Assembly (NCBI GenBank): GCA_041494685.1
Contig: JBGQBE010000009.1
Location: 15,054-79,053, forward strand
Length of the DNA: 64,000 nt
Reading direction: 5' to 3'
Source: Dehalococcoidia bacterium
GTDB taxonomy: Bacteria; Chloroflexota; Dehalococcoidia; DSTF01; JACRBR01
The notes beneath the pieces are model-generated. The model did no database searches. It was not told the DNA's origin and saw only the letters and a program-made list of their open reading frames with translations. A program made the position numbers and the translations under genes. Positions 17,519 through 27,689 of this stretch are shown piece by piece; the stretch's first letter is position 1, and the number at the start of each line of letters is the position of its first letter.

Positions 17519-18829
17519 TCAGCAGTTTTCGTAGCTGACGATGCGGTACACGTCGAAGCCGTCGCCGCGGCTGACGGCCTCGGCGCAGGGCGCCTCGGCC
17601 GCCTGCGCCATCTCGGCCAGCAGGTGGTGCTCGTTCGTCTTGTAGCGGCGGTCGTACGCGTCGTACACGATCACGTACTCGACCTCGCGGTGCTGCAGGA
17701 ACCGCGCGTACTCGGCCGCGCTCGCGAAGCTGCGGCGGTCGATGCTCTCCGGGAACGGCTCGGAATCGAGTCGCGCCCCTGCGCGCACTAGGTCGTACAT
17801 GCCGACCTTGCCGTCGCCCACGCGGAGCAGGCGGTATTCGCCCGCCGGGTCGAACGCGGGCGAATCGATGAACGTTTGCAGCGACGTGTCCGGCGTCCGC
17901 ACGAGCGCCGTCCAGCCGAATTCGTTCTTGCGGAGCGGCACGAGGATGAGGTTCAGCGACGCGATGATCACCAGCGCCGGCACCTTGATCCGCCCCAGCG
18001 GCGTCCGCTGCGCGAAGATCGCGATGAACGGCGCGCCGACGACGATCGCCCGCAGCACGAGCGTGCCGAAGAACGTGCCCAGCAGCGTCGCCGTCGAAGC
18101 GTCGCCGACGGCGGGCGACGCCAGCACCAGGTACGTCGCGGGCGCGGCGATCGCGAGCGACAGCGCGTAGAGCGCGAGCAGCTGCGCCCGTCGCGGTTCC
18201 CAGTACAGCCTGGCGAGCACGACGCAGCCCGCCAGAGGCAGGATCACCGCCGGGTGCGTCGCCTGGGCCGCGCCGAAGACGACCGCGGCGAGCAGCCGGC
18301 GGTCCGCCCGCCACAGCGCGGTCGCGGCGAAGAGCATCGCCGTCGCCCAGAGGAACGGCAGCTGGCCCAGGAGCGGCCCCTCGACGAGCATCGGGTCGGC
18401 GAGCAGCATCGCCGTCCACCAGCCGCCGCGCAGGTTCGGGAACGCCCACCACTGCGTCGCGATCACGCCGAGCGCTCCGAGCACGAGCCATAGCGTCACG
18501 GCCCAGTCACCAAGGATCGGCCGCGCCAGCGCGGCCGTGAACCAGGGGATGAAGCCGTACGGAAACGCGAAGGCGTCGCCGTGGCCCAGCGCGGGCATGC
18601 GCAGCGGGATGCCGTGGCCGTGCCAGAAGCGGTCCGCGACGTACCAGACGTGGATGTAGTTGCTCAGCGAGTCGTTGGTGACGTAGATCCGGTGCGCCAG
18701 GATGAAGGCCAGGCCGATCGCCCACGCGGCACCCACCGCGGCGAACGCGGCGTTGCCGGGGTCGCGCAGCGCGGTCGCAGCGGATGCGATGCGGCCGGCG
18801 GCGCCGCGTCGGTTAGTCTGTACGTGCAT
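17519..18829 (-). CDS. Multi-pass membrane protein, probable GT-C-type glycosyltransferase
   Basis: Many TM segments, first-loop NDSLSNYIHVWY; paralogous to the C-terminal part of 24334..26436; start uncertain. Confidence 0.7.
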   Translation of the reverse strand: MHVQTNRRGAAGRIASAATALRDPGNAAFAAVGAAWAIGLAFILAHRIYVTNDSLSNYIHVWYVADRFWHGHGIPLRMPALGHGDAFAFPYGFIPWFTAALARPILGDWAVTLWLVLGALGVIATQWWAFPNLRGGWWTAMLLADPMLVEGPLLGQLPFLWATAMLFAATALWRADRRLLAAVVFGAAQATHPAVILPLAGCVVLARLYWEPRRAQLLALYALSLAIAAPATYLVLASPAVGDASTATLLGTFFGTLVLRAIVVGAPFIAIFAQRTPLGRIKVPALVIIASLNLILVPLRKNEFGWTALVRTPDTSLQTFIDSPAFDPAGEYRLLRVGDGKVGMYDLVRAGARLDSEPFPESIDRRSFASAAEYARFLQHREVEYVIVYDAYDRRYKTNEHHLLAEMAQAAEAPCAEAVSRGDGFDVYRIVSYENC

Positions 18830-20042
18830 GCGCACAGAGGATAGCAGCACGCCCCCACTGCTCGCGTCCGCCCGCTGGCTCGCCGCCGCCGGCCTCGGCG
18901 CGCTGGCGCTGCCCGCACTCGCGATCGGCGGTGCGCCCGTCCACGCGAAGCCGGTCCAGGTCGTCGTCGCGATCGTCATCGGCTTGCTTGCGGCCGCGGC
19001 CGCGACGCGCGTCCGGAGCAGCCGGCTGCTGCCCCTGGCCGGCATCGTCGCGGCGGGCGTGGCGGCGTGGCTGCTGGCGCAGGCGTCCTACCCGGTGGCC
19101 GCGTGGCTGATCGCGCCGGCGTTGGGCGTTGGCGCCGGGCTCGCGTCCGGGCGTCCGGACCCGCGTGGCGCGGCGGTCGCATCGGCCGTGGCCGTGGCGC
19201 TCGTCGCGTTGCGCGTCGCGATCGGCCGCGACGCGGCGATGGCGGCCGGTGCGCTGGCCGTGGCGGCGGCGGGCGCTATCACTTCGTTCGCGGCGCCGGG
19301 ACGCGGCACCATGGATCGGCGCGTGATGGGCATCGGCGTCGCCGTGCTGCTGACGGCCGGCTGCACCGCGGCGTACGTCGGTGCGACGACGCCGGGCGCG
19401 ACGTGGTTCGGCTCGCTGCGCCACCACGGGCCGCGCGACGGCACCATGGTGGCCGTCACGTTCGACGATGGCCCCAACCCGCCGTACAGCCTCCAGATCC
19501 GCGACATCCTCGACGCGCACGGCGTGAAGGCGACGTTCTTCACCGTGGGCAAGGCGCTGGACGCCCGGCCGGACGTATCGCGCGCCCTCTACGACGACGG
19601 CATGCTGCTGGGCAACCATTCGTACGAGCACGACGCGTTCCGCTGGCTCGACCCCGGCTACCCCGAACTACAGCGCACGCAGGACGCCTTCAAGCGGAAC
19701 CTCGGCGTCTGTCCGACGCTGTACCGGCCGCCGCACGGGTCGCACACGCCGTTCATGGCGCGCGTCGTCTCGGACGCGGGCATGACGATGGTGACGTGGG
19801 ACGTCTCCGCGGCCGACTGGGCGACGAGCGACGGCGCGCTCGTCGCGAAGCGCGTCCTCGACAAGGTCAAGCCGGGCTCGATCATCCTGCTGCACGACGG
19901 CATCGACGGCAACATCGGCGCCGACCGCAGCGTGATCCTGCAAGCGTTGCCGCTGATCCTCGACGGGCTGAAGGCGCGCGGCTTGCAGCCGGTGACGCTC
20001 GACCGCCTGCTGGGCGTGCCGGGTTACCTGCCTTCGTGCTGA
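18828..20042 (+). CDS. Polysaccharide deacetylase (NodB/CE4) with multi-TM N-terminus
   Basis: TFDDGP, ATFF, GNHSYEH, YRPPHG, IILLHDG motifs; start uncertain. Confidence 0.88.
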   Translation: MRTEDSSTPPLLASARWLAAAGLGALALPALAIGGAPVHAKPVQVVVAIVIGLLAAAAATRVRSSRLLPLAGIVAAGVAAWLLAQASYPVAAWLIAPALGVGAGLASGRPDPRGAAVASAVAVALVALRVAIGRDAAMAAGALAVAAAGAITSFAAPGRGTMDRRVMGIGVAVLLTAGCTAAYVGATTPGATWFGSLRHHGPRDGTMVAVTFDDGPNPPYSLQIRDILDAHGVKATFFTVGKALDARPDVSRALYDDGMLLGNHSYEHDAFRWLDPGYPELQRTQDAFKRNLGVCPTLYRPPHGSHTPFMARVVSDAGMTMVTWDVSAADWATSDGALVAKRVLDKVKPGSIILLHDGIDGNIGADRSVILQALPLILDGLKARGLQPVTLDRLLGVPGYLPSC

Positions 20043-20145
20043 CGGTCCGCGCGCGGGCGGCTCCCGGTTGGCTATCATGGTGGGAAAGCGAGGATAACGC
20101 GGATTGGTATCGACTAATGCGACGGGGACGCTGCTGGGCGGACGA

Positions 20146-20820
20146 GTGGTGCGCGCGGTCGTCGTGGACGACGACGAGCGCCTGTTGGGCGTCATCAAGC
20201 GCGGGCTGAAGCTCCACGGCTTCGACGTCCGGACGTTCTCGGACCCGCAGGAGGGGCTCGAGTTCCTCGAGTCGAACCAGGCCGACGTCGCCGTGCTGGA
20301 CGTGATGATGCCAGACATCGACGGCGTCTCGCTCTGCCGGCAGCTGCGTCGGACGCAGTCGATCCCCATCCTCATGCTGAGCGCGCGCGACACCGTGCCG
20401 GACCGCATCCTCGGACTCGAGTCCGGCGCCGACGACTACGTCACCAAGCCGTTCGAGATCGCGGAGCTGGCGGCGCGCTTGCGCGCGCTTCTGCGCCGCA
20501 CCGAGCGGGAGTCGCCCGACGAACAGCTTACCTACGCCGACGTCGTGCTGGACTCGCGCCGCCGGATCGCGACGCGCGACGGCGACGCGCTGGCCTTGAC
20601 GCCGATCGAATACCGGCTGCTGGAGTACTTCATGCGCAACCCGGAGGTGGCGCTGCGCCGCGAGGCCGTGCTGCTCAACGTCTGGGGGTACGAGGGCGGC
20701 GAGTCGAACTACCTCGACGTGCACGTGCGGCACCTGCGAGAGAAGCTGGAAGCGAACGGACGCCCGCGCCTGATCCAGACGGTGCGCTCGTTCGGCTACA
20801 CGCTCCAGCAGCAGGCATAA
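20146..20820 (+). CDS. OmpR/MprA-family response regulator
   Basis: VVDDD, LDVMMP, GADDYVTKPF, winged helix ...LIQTVRSFGY. Confidence 0.93.
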   Translation: MVRAVVVDDDERLLGVIKRGLKLHGFDVRTFSDPQEGLEFLESNQADVAVLDVMMPDIDGVSLCRQLRRTQSIPILMLSARDTVPDRILGLESGADDYVTKPFEIAELAARLRALLRRTERESPDEQLTYADVVLDSRRRIATRDGDALALTPIEYRLLEYFMRNPEVALRREAVLLNVWGYEGGESNYLDVHVRHLREKLEANGRPRLIQTVRSFGYTLQQQA

Positions 20821-22200
20821 GTGTCACTCCGCATACGCCTCACGCTCGTGTACAGCCTGCTCTTCGCGGTGCTGATCGTGCTGTTTGGCGTCATCGTGTA
20901 CGTGCAGACGTCGCGCAGCCTCTACTCGTCTGTCGATGACACGTTGCGCCTGCGCGGCGATCGCATCGTCGCTGAAAGCAGGGAGTCCGGTACCAACACG
21001 ATCAACCCGGACCAGTCGGTGCTCGACGAGATCGCCGCGCCCGGCGTGTACGTCGAGATCATCAACCAGGACGGCACGACGCGCGCCCGGTCGTCGAACC
21101 TGTCCGCGCCGCTGCCGGTGCGGACGCGCCGTCGCGTCAGCAACGACGTCACGTCGATCGAAACGCACGAAACCACGAACGGCGAGCGGGTGCGCGTGCT
21201 GTACGAGGGCATCACCCTCTCCGACCAGGCGCAGGGCACGCTCCTGGTCGCGCGCTCTCTGCATCCCACGGACGCCGCGCTCGACCGGATCCGGGTCGTG
21301 CTGATCGGCGGCGGCATCGCCTTCCTGATCATCGCGAACGGGCTCGCATACCTGGCGGCTGCGCCGGCCCTGCGCCCCCTCCGCGATGTCACGGGCACCG
21401 CCCGCCAGATCGAGGCGACGGCCGATTTCTCGCGCCACATCCCGGGCGACGATCAGCCGGGAGAAGTGGGGGAACTCGTGCGCACCCTCAACGAGCTGAT
21501 CGAAAAAGTGCGATCGACGCTTGATGCGCACCGCGCCTTCCTCGCCGACTCGTCGCACGAGCTGCGCCGGCCACTGGCGGTGCTGCGCGGCAACCTGGAG
21601 GTACTGGCGAGCGGCGCGCTGCCCGCGGACGAGCGCGAATCCGTCATCGCGGAGACCGAGCAGGAGTCGCGGCGGATGAGCCGCATCCTCTCCGACCTGC
21701 TGCTGCTCTCGCAGGTGGACGCGCGGCAGATCTTGCAGTTGCAGCACGTGGACCTGTCGCACGTCGTCCGCAGCGTCGCGGAGCACGAGCGCGGCCGCTT
21801 CCCGCAGCGCGAGATCGCCGTGGAGGGCGAGAGCGAGCCGCTGGTGATCGAGGCCGACGAGCAGCGCGTGCGCCAGATGCTGGAGAACCTCGCCGAGAAC
21901 GCCGCCCGTTACTCGACACCGGACACGCGGATCACGATCAGCGCGCGCCGCGCCGGCCGGTTCGCCGTCGCGGAGGTGCGCGACGAGGGGCCCGGCATGA
22001 GCGACGACGAGGTACGCCACGCCTTCGAGCGCTTCTTCCGCGGGGCGCGCGGCCGCCGCCAGCATGGCGACGGCAGCGGCCTCGGACTGGCGATCGTGCG
22101 CCACATCGCCGAGGCCCACGGCGGCGGTGTCGCGTTGACATCTTCGCCCGCCGGGACCGTCGTCCGAATCGAGCTACCCCTCTCGCCACCCAACTCATAG
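20821..22200 (+). CDS. Sensor histidine kinase (HAMP-HisKA-HATPase)
   Basis: Two TMs, SHELRRPL, ENAARY, DEGPG, GSGLGLAI. Confidence 0.93.
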   Translation: MSLRIRLTLVYSLLFAVLIVLFGVIVYVQTSRSLYSSVDDTLRLRGDRIVAESRESGTNTINPDQSVLDEIAAPGVYVEIINQDGTTRARSSNLSAPLPVRTRRRVSNDVTSIETHETTNGERVRVLYEGITLSDQAQGTLLVARSLHPTDAALDRIRVVLIGGGIAFLIIANGLAYLAAAPALRPLRDVTGTARQIEATADFSRHIPGDDQPGEVGELVRTLNELIEKVRSTLDAHRAFLADSSHELRRPLAVLRGNLEVLASGALPADERESVIAETEQESRRMSRILSDLLLLSQVDARQILQLQHVDLSHVVRSVAEHERGRFPQREIAVEGESEPLVIEADEQRVRQMLENLAENAARYSTPDTRITISARRAGRFAVAEVRDEGPGMSDDEVRHAFERFFRGARGRRQHGDGSGLGLAIVRHIAEAHGGGVALTSSPAGTVVRIELPLSPPNS

Positions 22201-22215
22201 CCGTTCTTCCCGTCC

Positions 22216-22250
22216 CCTTCATCAAACCTTCATCTCGATCCGGCTACATT
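22216..22250 (+). promoter_or_regulatory. Putative OmpR-type direct-repeat site and -10 for the degT operon
   Basis: CCTTCATC at 22216 and 22227 (11-bp spacing); TACATT at 22245-22250. Confidence 0.55.
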
Positions 22251-22271
22251 CGACGGTAGAGAGGTGGGTAC

Positions 22272-23411
22272 ATGAGGGTTCCTCCAGCAAAGATTCACGT
22301 CCCGGAAGAAGACCGAAAAGAGATCCTGGCCCTGATCGACGAGTGCCTGGCAACCGGCCAGCTGACGCTCGGCAAGCACGGCAAGGCATTCGAAGAGGCG
22401 TTTGCGCAGACGGCCGGCACGAAGCACGCCATCGCCGTCAGCAGCGGCACCAGCGCGCTCGAGATCATCTTCCGCGCCATTGGCGTCGCCGGTGGTGCGG
22501 TGATCGTGCCGACGAACACGTTCTTCGCCACGCCGGCCGCTGTCCAGCACGCCGGCGGCACGGCGCGGTTCGCCGAGTGCGACCCGGCGACCTACTCGAT
22601 CGACGTCGAGCATGCGCGCTCGCTCATCGGCCCGAAGACGAAGGCCATGGTCGTCGTGCACATCGGCGGCATCGTGACGCCGCGCATCGGCGAGCTGCGG
22701 GCCATCTGCGACAAGGCGGGCATCCCGCTGGTCGAAGATGCGGCGCACGCCCACGGCAGCACGCTCGACGGGAAGCCCGCCGGCAGCTTCGGGCTCGCGT
22801 CGGCGTTCTCGTTCTACCCGACGAAGGTCATCACGTCCGGCGAGGGAGGCATGATCGCCACGGACGACGACCGCATCAACGACGAGGCGCGCGTCTATCG
22901 CGACCAGGGCAAGGCCGGGTTCACCTCGAACTTCCACACGCTGCTGGGTAACAACTGGCGGCTCAGCGAGCCGCACGCCGTCATCGGCCGCTTTCAGCTG
23001 AAGCGACTGCCGGAGTTCATCGCGGCGCGCCGCCGCGTCGCCGCGATCTACGACCGCCTGCTGCCCGCGACCGGCGTGACGCCGCTGGCCGTGCCGGGGA
23101 GCGTGGTCAGCAACTACTACAAGTACATCGCCATGCCGCCGGCCGGCGTGGATCGCGTCGCGCTGAAGAAGCACCTGCGCGAGACCTACGACGTCGGGCT
23201 CAGCGGCGAGGTCTACGAGGCGCCGTGCCACCTGCAGCCCGTGTTCGGCCCGCTGGCTGCGGGCACGCTGCCGGTCGCGGAGGAGCTTTGCGCGCGCCAC
23301 ATCTGCCTGCCGGTTTCGGCGGTGATGTCGGACGAGGACGCGGAGTACGTGGTGGAGTCGATCGGAAAGTCGCTCGCCGAGGTGCGGGTTGTGGCGGAGG
23401 CACGGTCATGA
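22272..23411 (+). CDS. DegT/DnrJ/EryC1/StrS PLP aminotransferase
   Basis: VSSGTSAL, EDAAHAHG, FSFYPTKVITSGEGG. Confidence 0.94.
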   Translation: MRVPPAKIHVPEEDRKEILALIDECLATGQLTLGKHGKAFEEAFAQTAGTKHAIAVSSGTSALEIIFRAIGVAGGAVIVPTNTFFATPAAVQHAGGTARFAECDPATYSIDVEHARSLIGPKTKAMVVVHIGGIVTPRIGELRAICDKAGIPLVEDAAHAHGSTLDGKPAGSFGLASAFSFYPTKVITSGEGGMIATDDDRINDEARVYRDQGKAGFTSNFHTLLGNNWRLSEPHAVIGRFQLKRLPEFIAARRRVAAIYDRLLPATGVTPLAVPGSVVSNYYKYIAMPPAGVDRVALKKHLRETYDVGLSGEVYEAPCHLQPVFGPLAAGTLPVAEELCARHICLPVSAVMSDEDAEYVVESIGKSLAEVRVVAEARS

Positions 23412-24337
23412 AGGTAGCGGTTACCGGCGGTTGCGGGTTCATCGGCTCGCACGTCGTCGACAAGTTGCGCGATCAGAATCTCGACGTGCGCGTGCTGGAC
23501 AGCCTGGGCACGCCGCACCGCGACGACGTGGAGCACATCCGCGTCGACATCATGGACCTGGAGGCGCTCAAGGAAGCCATGCGCGGTATCGATGTCATCT
23601 TCCACCTGGCGGCCGTCGCCGACGTCAACAACGTCGCGGCAGACCCGACCGGGTCGGTGGGGCTGAACATCCTGGGCACCGCCAATGTGCTCGAGGCGGC
23701 GCGCCAGAACGAGGCGCGGCGCGTGGTGCTCGCCAGCACGGTATGGGTGTACGGCGCCGCGCGCGAGGAGCGCGTCGATGAGACCGTGTGCTTCGATCCG
23801 GCGCTGACGGGGCACGTCTACACGACCACGAAGATCGCGGCCGAGATGCTCTGCCACGACTACTTCACAATGTACAAGGTGCCGTTCACGATCCTGCGCT
23901 ACGGCATCCCCTACGGCCCCCGCATGCGGCCGTCGCTCGTCATCCCGATCTTCATGCGCAAGGCGCTCGCCGGCGAGGCGATGACCGTTGCGGGCGATGG
24001 CAGCCAGAACCGCAAGTTCGTCTACGTCGAGGATCTGGCGGACGCGCACGTGCTGGCGCTGGCGCCGGAGGCGGAGAACCAGACGTACAACATCGACGGC
24101 TCCGAAGAGGTGACGATCCTGCGCATCGCCGAGACGGTGCACCGCCTGCTCGGCGGCAAGGGCATCGAGTTCGTGCCCGCGCGCACAGGCGACTACGGCG
24201 GCAAGCAGGTGTCGTCCACGAAGGCGGCGCGTGAGATCGGCTGGACGCCGAAGGTTGCCTTCGAGACGGGCATGGAGCGCACCGTCGCCTGGTTCCTGGA
24301 GACGCAGGGGCAGACGGCCGTGCTGAACAAGGCATGA
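23408..24337 (+). CDS. NAD-dependent epimerase/dehydratase
   Basis: TGGCGFIGSH, YTTTK (YxxxK), GDGSQNRKFVYVED. Confidence 0.92.
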   Translation: MKVAVTGGCGFIGSHVVDKLRDQNLDVRVLDSLGTPHRDDVEHIRVDIMDLEALKEAMRGIDVIFHLAAVADVNNVAADPTGSVGLNILGTANVLEAARQNEARRVVLASTVWVYGAAREERVDETVCFDPALTGHVYTTTKIAAEMLCHDYFTMYKVPFTILRYGIPYGPRMRPSLVIPIFMRKALAGEAMTVAGDGSQNRKFVYVEDLADAHVLALAPEAENQTYNIDGSEEVTILRIAETVHRLLGGKGIEFVPARTGDYGGKQVSSTKAAREIGWTPKVAFETGMERTVAWFLETQGQTAVLNKA

Positions 24338-26436
24338 TCGAGACCGCCGCGCAGCCCACGATGACCGGGATGCCGCTGCGCACCGCGCGGCCGCGTCTCA
24401 TCGCCGTGATGCCCGCGTTCAACGAGGAATCGACGATCGTCGGCGTGCTGGAGCACCTCTACCCGCTGGTGGACCGCCTGCTGATCGTCGACGACGGCTC
24501 CGTGGACCGCACGCGGGAACTCGTGTTCGACTGGCTGGCCGACAAGCCGCACGCGCACCTGATCTCGTTCAACAAGAACCGCGGCATGTCCGCCGCCTAC
24601 TACGAGGCGTTCCAGCACCTCGGCCGCATGGTCGAGCTGGGCCAGGTCGACAGCGACGATGTCGTCCTCACGGTCGACGCCGACGGCCAGCACGACCCGG
24701 CGAGCCTGGACCTGCTCCTGAAGCCGATCCGCGAGGGCGCGGACGCCGTGATCGCGCAGCGCGATTTCCGCCTCTACCCGCTGTACAAGCGGATGGGTAA
24801 CTGGGTGATGTCGGCGTGGGCGTCGATCTGGGGCGGCCGCCGCTTCACCGATGTCGAGTCCGGCTACCGCGCGTTCAAGGTCGGGCCGCTGCTCGATTCG
24901 CTGCAGTACTACAAGGGCTACAAGTACAGCGAGACGGTGGAGATCGCCGTCATCCTGCCGATCCTCGGCTACAAGATCCACGACACCACGCTCGTCGATA
25001 TCCCGGTCTTCCGCTCGCGCACGCGAATGAAGGACGTGATCATCGACCTGGTCGCGATGCCGTGTGCCTGGTGGCGCGTGATGGCCGCGCGCCGCCTACC
25101 GAGCGGCGTGCCGACGTGGTTCGCGTACTGGGTGCTGCCGCTGTTCTTCCTGGCCGCGCTGGTCGGCGCTGGCCGCATCCTGACGCGCACGATCTACCTT
25201 GGCGACGACACGATCAACAACTACGCCCACGTCTGGTACATCAGCCACCGCCTCTTCGATTCCGGCACGATCCCGTTACGCTTCTCCGAGTTGGACGGTG
25301 GGCGCGCGTTCACGTTCCCGTACGCCATCGTCCCGTGGACCGCGAACGCGCTGGTCTACCCCGTACTGGGTGACTGGTCCGTGACGTTGTTCCTCGTGCT
25401 CGGCGGCGTCGCCGCCGCGGCCGGCGCGCTGCTCGTGCGGCCGTCGATGCGCGATCCGTGGTTGCTGCTGCCGTTCCTTGCGAACCCGTTCTTCATCGAC
25501 GCGGTCGGCAGCGGGCAGTACGCATTCCTCTGGTCCGCGGCCGGGTTCTTCGCGCTCGTCTGGGCGGCGGAGAAGCGGCGCTGGCCGCTGGCCGCGGCCG
25601 CGCTGTGGTTCACCGTCTCGACGCATCCGATCGAGGGCGGCCTGGCCGTCGCGCTGTACCTGCTCTGGTCCGCCGCGCGCAGCCGGGGCGTGAGGCTGCC
25701 GCTGCTGCTGGTCGCGCTGGCGGCGTTGCCGCTCCTCATCCCGTCGGTCTACTTCGCGTTCGACACGCCCGCGGTCGGCGAGAACACCTGGCGCACCATC
25801 GCCGTCTCCATCGGCGAGGATCTGCCGCGCCGCGGCTCGGTGCTGCTGGCCCCGTTCGTGCTGGCCTGGGCGGCGCCGTTCCTTCGGCGCCACTACCGCA
25901 CGGCCGGCCTCGCGTTCGCGGCGGCCGCCGTGCCGCTGGTGCTGCTGAGCAGCGGCGCGCTGGAGGACATGCCGGGTGTCGGCGCCTGGGCCGAGCAGGG
26001 CAGCTACGCGGGCATCGTGTCGGCGGCGTCGCAGACGGACTACCGCGGCTACATGGGCTCCGGCGACTTCCACAGCGGCGCGGTGTACCGGGTGCTGAGC
26101 CCCAACGACCGCGAGCAGGGCTCGTACTACCTGATCCGGCATCACGGCGTGCTGGCGAACGAGCTGTTCAGCGAAAGCCAACGCCGCACGAGCTGGGCCG
26201 AGACGAGCTACCGCTGCTACCTGGCCGCGAAACACATCGACCGCGTCGTCGTCGAGCGCGGCTACGCGGAGCAGTTCCACACGAACGAGCAGTCGCTGCT
26301 CGACGGCCTCGTGTCGCGCGGGCAGGCGCAGGTCAGCTACGGCGGCCCCCGCAGCCGCCTCACCGTGTACGACGTGACGCCGTTCCGTGACAGCGGACCG
26401 GTCCCGGCTTCAGTCAGAGATTGCGGACGCAGATGA
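24334..26436 (+). CDS. GT2 (DPM/ArnC-like) glycosyltransferase fused to multi-TM GT-C-like domain
   Basis: MPAFNEE, VDDGSVD, DADGQH, DVESGYRAF; then many TMs with DDTINNYAHVWY. Confidence 0.85.
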   Translation: MIETAAQPTMTGMPLRTARPRLIAVMPAFNEESTIVGVLEHLYPLVDRLLIVDDGSVDRTRELVFDWLADKPHAHLISFNKNRGMSAAYYEAFQHLGRMVELGQVDSDDVVLTVDADGQHDPASLDLLLKPIREGADAVIAQRDFRLYPLYKRMGNWVMSAWASIWGGRRFTDVESGYRAFKVGPLLDSLQYYKGYKYSETVEIAVILPILGYKIHDTTLVDIPVFRSRTRMKDVIIDLVAMPCAWWRVMAARRLPSGVPTWFAYWVLPLFFLAALVGAGRILTRTIYLGDDTINNYAHVWYISHRLFDSGTIPLRFSELDGGRAFTFPYAIVPWTANALVYPVLGDWSVTLFLVLGGVAAAAGALLVRPSMRDPWLLLPFLANPFFIDAVGSGQYAFLWSAAGFFALVWAAEKRRWPLAAAALWFTVSTHPIEGGLAVALYLLWSAARSRGVRLPLLLVALAALPLLIPSVYFAFDTPAVGENTWRTIAVSIGEDLPRRGSVLLAPFVLAWAAPFLRRHYRTAGLAFAAAAVPLVLLSSGALEDMPGVGAWAEQGSYAGIVSAASQTDYRGYMGSGDFHSGAVYRVLSPNDREQGSYYLIRHHGVLANELFSESQRRTSWAETSYRCYLAAKHIDRVVVERGYAEQFHTNEQSLLDGLVSRGQAQVSYGGPRSRLTVYDVTPFRDSGPVPASVRDCGRR

Positions 26437-27677
26437 AACTGGGCGCGATGCGCGATGCCGCCGCCGCTACGCTGGACGCAGTCCGGCGCGGCTGGCCGCT
26501 CCTCGCCATCGGCTTCGTGGTCGACGCCGCGTTCATCTTCATCTTCCTCATCGCGCTCCAGTCGTACCTTCCCGAGGACCTTGGCAAGAGCGACGCGATC
26601 GTCGGCTACACGCTGGCGACGTTCGGACTCGCCAAGCTGCTGTCGCAGCTCGGCAGCGGCTTCATCGCCGACCGCCTGGGGACGCGGCGCGCCCTCGTCA
26701 TGGGCACGGGCCTGCTGCTCTGCGGCTACGTGGCGATCCTGCTGCTCGCGCACGGCGCGGCGTGGCTGATCGTCGGCTGCGGCGGCGTGGTCGGCCTGGG
26801 CTCGTCCGTCACGTGGCCCGCGCTCTACTCCGCCGGCTCCGCCCGCTTCGGAGAGGGTGAGAAGGGGCGGTTCACGGCGCTGCTGACGCTCGCAACGGGC
26901 GGCGCGCTGCTCGTGGGCGCCGGGGGCGGCGCCGTGCTGAACCGCATGGCCTCGTTCGACGCCGCCATGATCGCGCCGATCGCCGCGGCCGGATTCGCCT
27001 TTACGCTGGCGCTGTTCACGCGGGGCGGCGAAGCGCACGTCGACGCTGCGATGCCGACGCTGCGCGAGTTCCGGGCGATCGTTGCGTCGCATCAGCGGGC
27101 GATGTTCGCGCTCGTCGTCGTCTGCAACGGCGCGGCGCTGGGCGCGCTGACCGCCGTCTTCGGCGCGTACCGGCGGGACGTGCTTGGCGTCTCGCTTGCG
27201 GAGCAGGGGCTGCTGCTGGCGCCGGCCGCGATACTCGGCGGCCTGCTCGTCGTGCCGGGCGGCGCGTTCGCCGACCGCATCGGCGCGCGGCGCATCATGG
27301 TGCCGAGCTATCTGCTCGTGGGCGTGGGGCTGCTGGCGCTCTCGCGTTTCAGCGATCCCGTGCTAGTCGTCGTCGGCGCCGGCCTGACGGGCGCGGCCTA
27401 CGGGCTCGCCGCGCCGACGATCGCGTCGACGATGATGTCGCTCGCCGGGCCGGCGAGTTCGCGCGGCGGCGTCATCGCCTGGTTCATGACGGTGGATGGC
27501 GTTGGGCACGCCGTGGGGCCCGCGGTGGCGGGCGCGTTGCTGGGCCTGTTCGGGGTCGAATCGGTGTTGATGCTGGCGGGCGGGCTGTACCTCGTCGTAG
27601 CGTACGTGGCGCTGACGGCGCGCGTGGGCGCGAGGCAACCGGCGGACGCCAGGTCCGTCGTCGCCGTCGAGGCGTAA
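26433..27677 (+). CDS. MFS transporter
   Basis: About 12 TMs, motif A GFIADRLGTRR and GAFADRIGARR. Confidence 0.88.
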   Translation: MKLGAMRDAAAATLDAVRRGWPLLAIGFVVDAAFIFIFLIALQSYLPEDLGKSDAIVGYTLATFGLAKLLSQLGSGFIADRLGTRRALVMGTGLLLCGYVAILLLAHGAAWLIVGCGGVVGLGSSVTWPALYSAGSARFGEGEKGRFTALLTLATGGALLVGAGGGAVLNRMASFDAAMIAPIAAAGFAFTLALFTRGGEAHVDAAMPTLREFRAIVASHQRAMFALVVVCNGAALGALTAVFGAYRRDVLGVSLAEQGLLLAPAAILGGLLVVPGGAFADRIGARRIMVPSYLLVGVGLLALSRFSDPVLVVVGAGLTGAAYGLAAPTIASTMMSLAGPASSRGGVIAWFMTVDGVGHAVGPAVAGALLGLFGVESVLMLAGGLYLVVAYVALTARVGARQPADARSVVAVEA

Positions 27678-27689
27678 GAGGGAGGTCGT

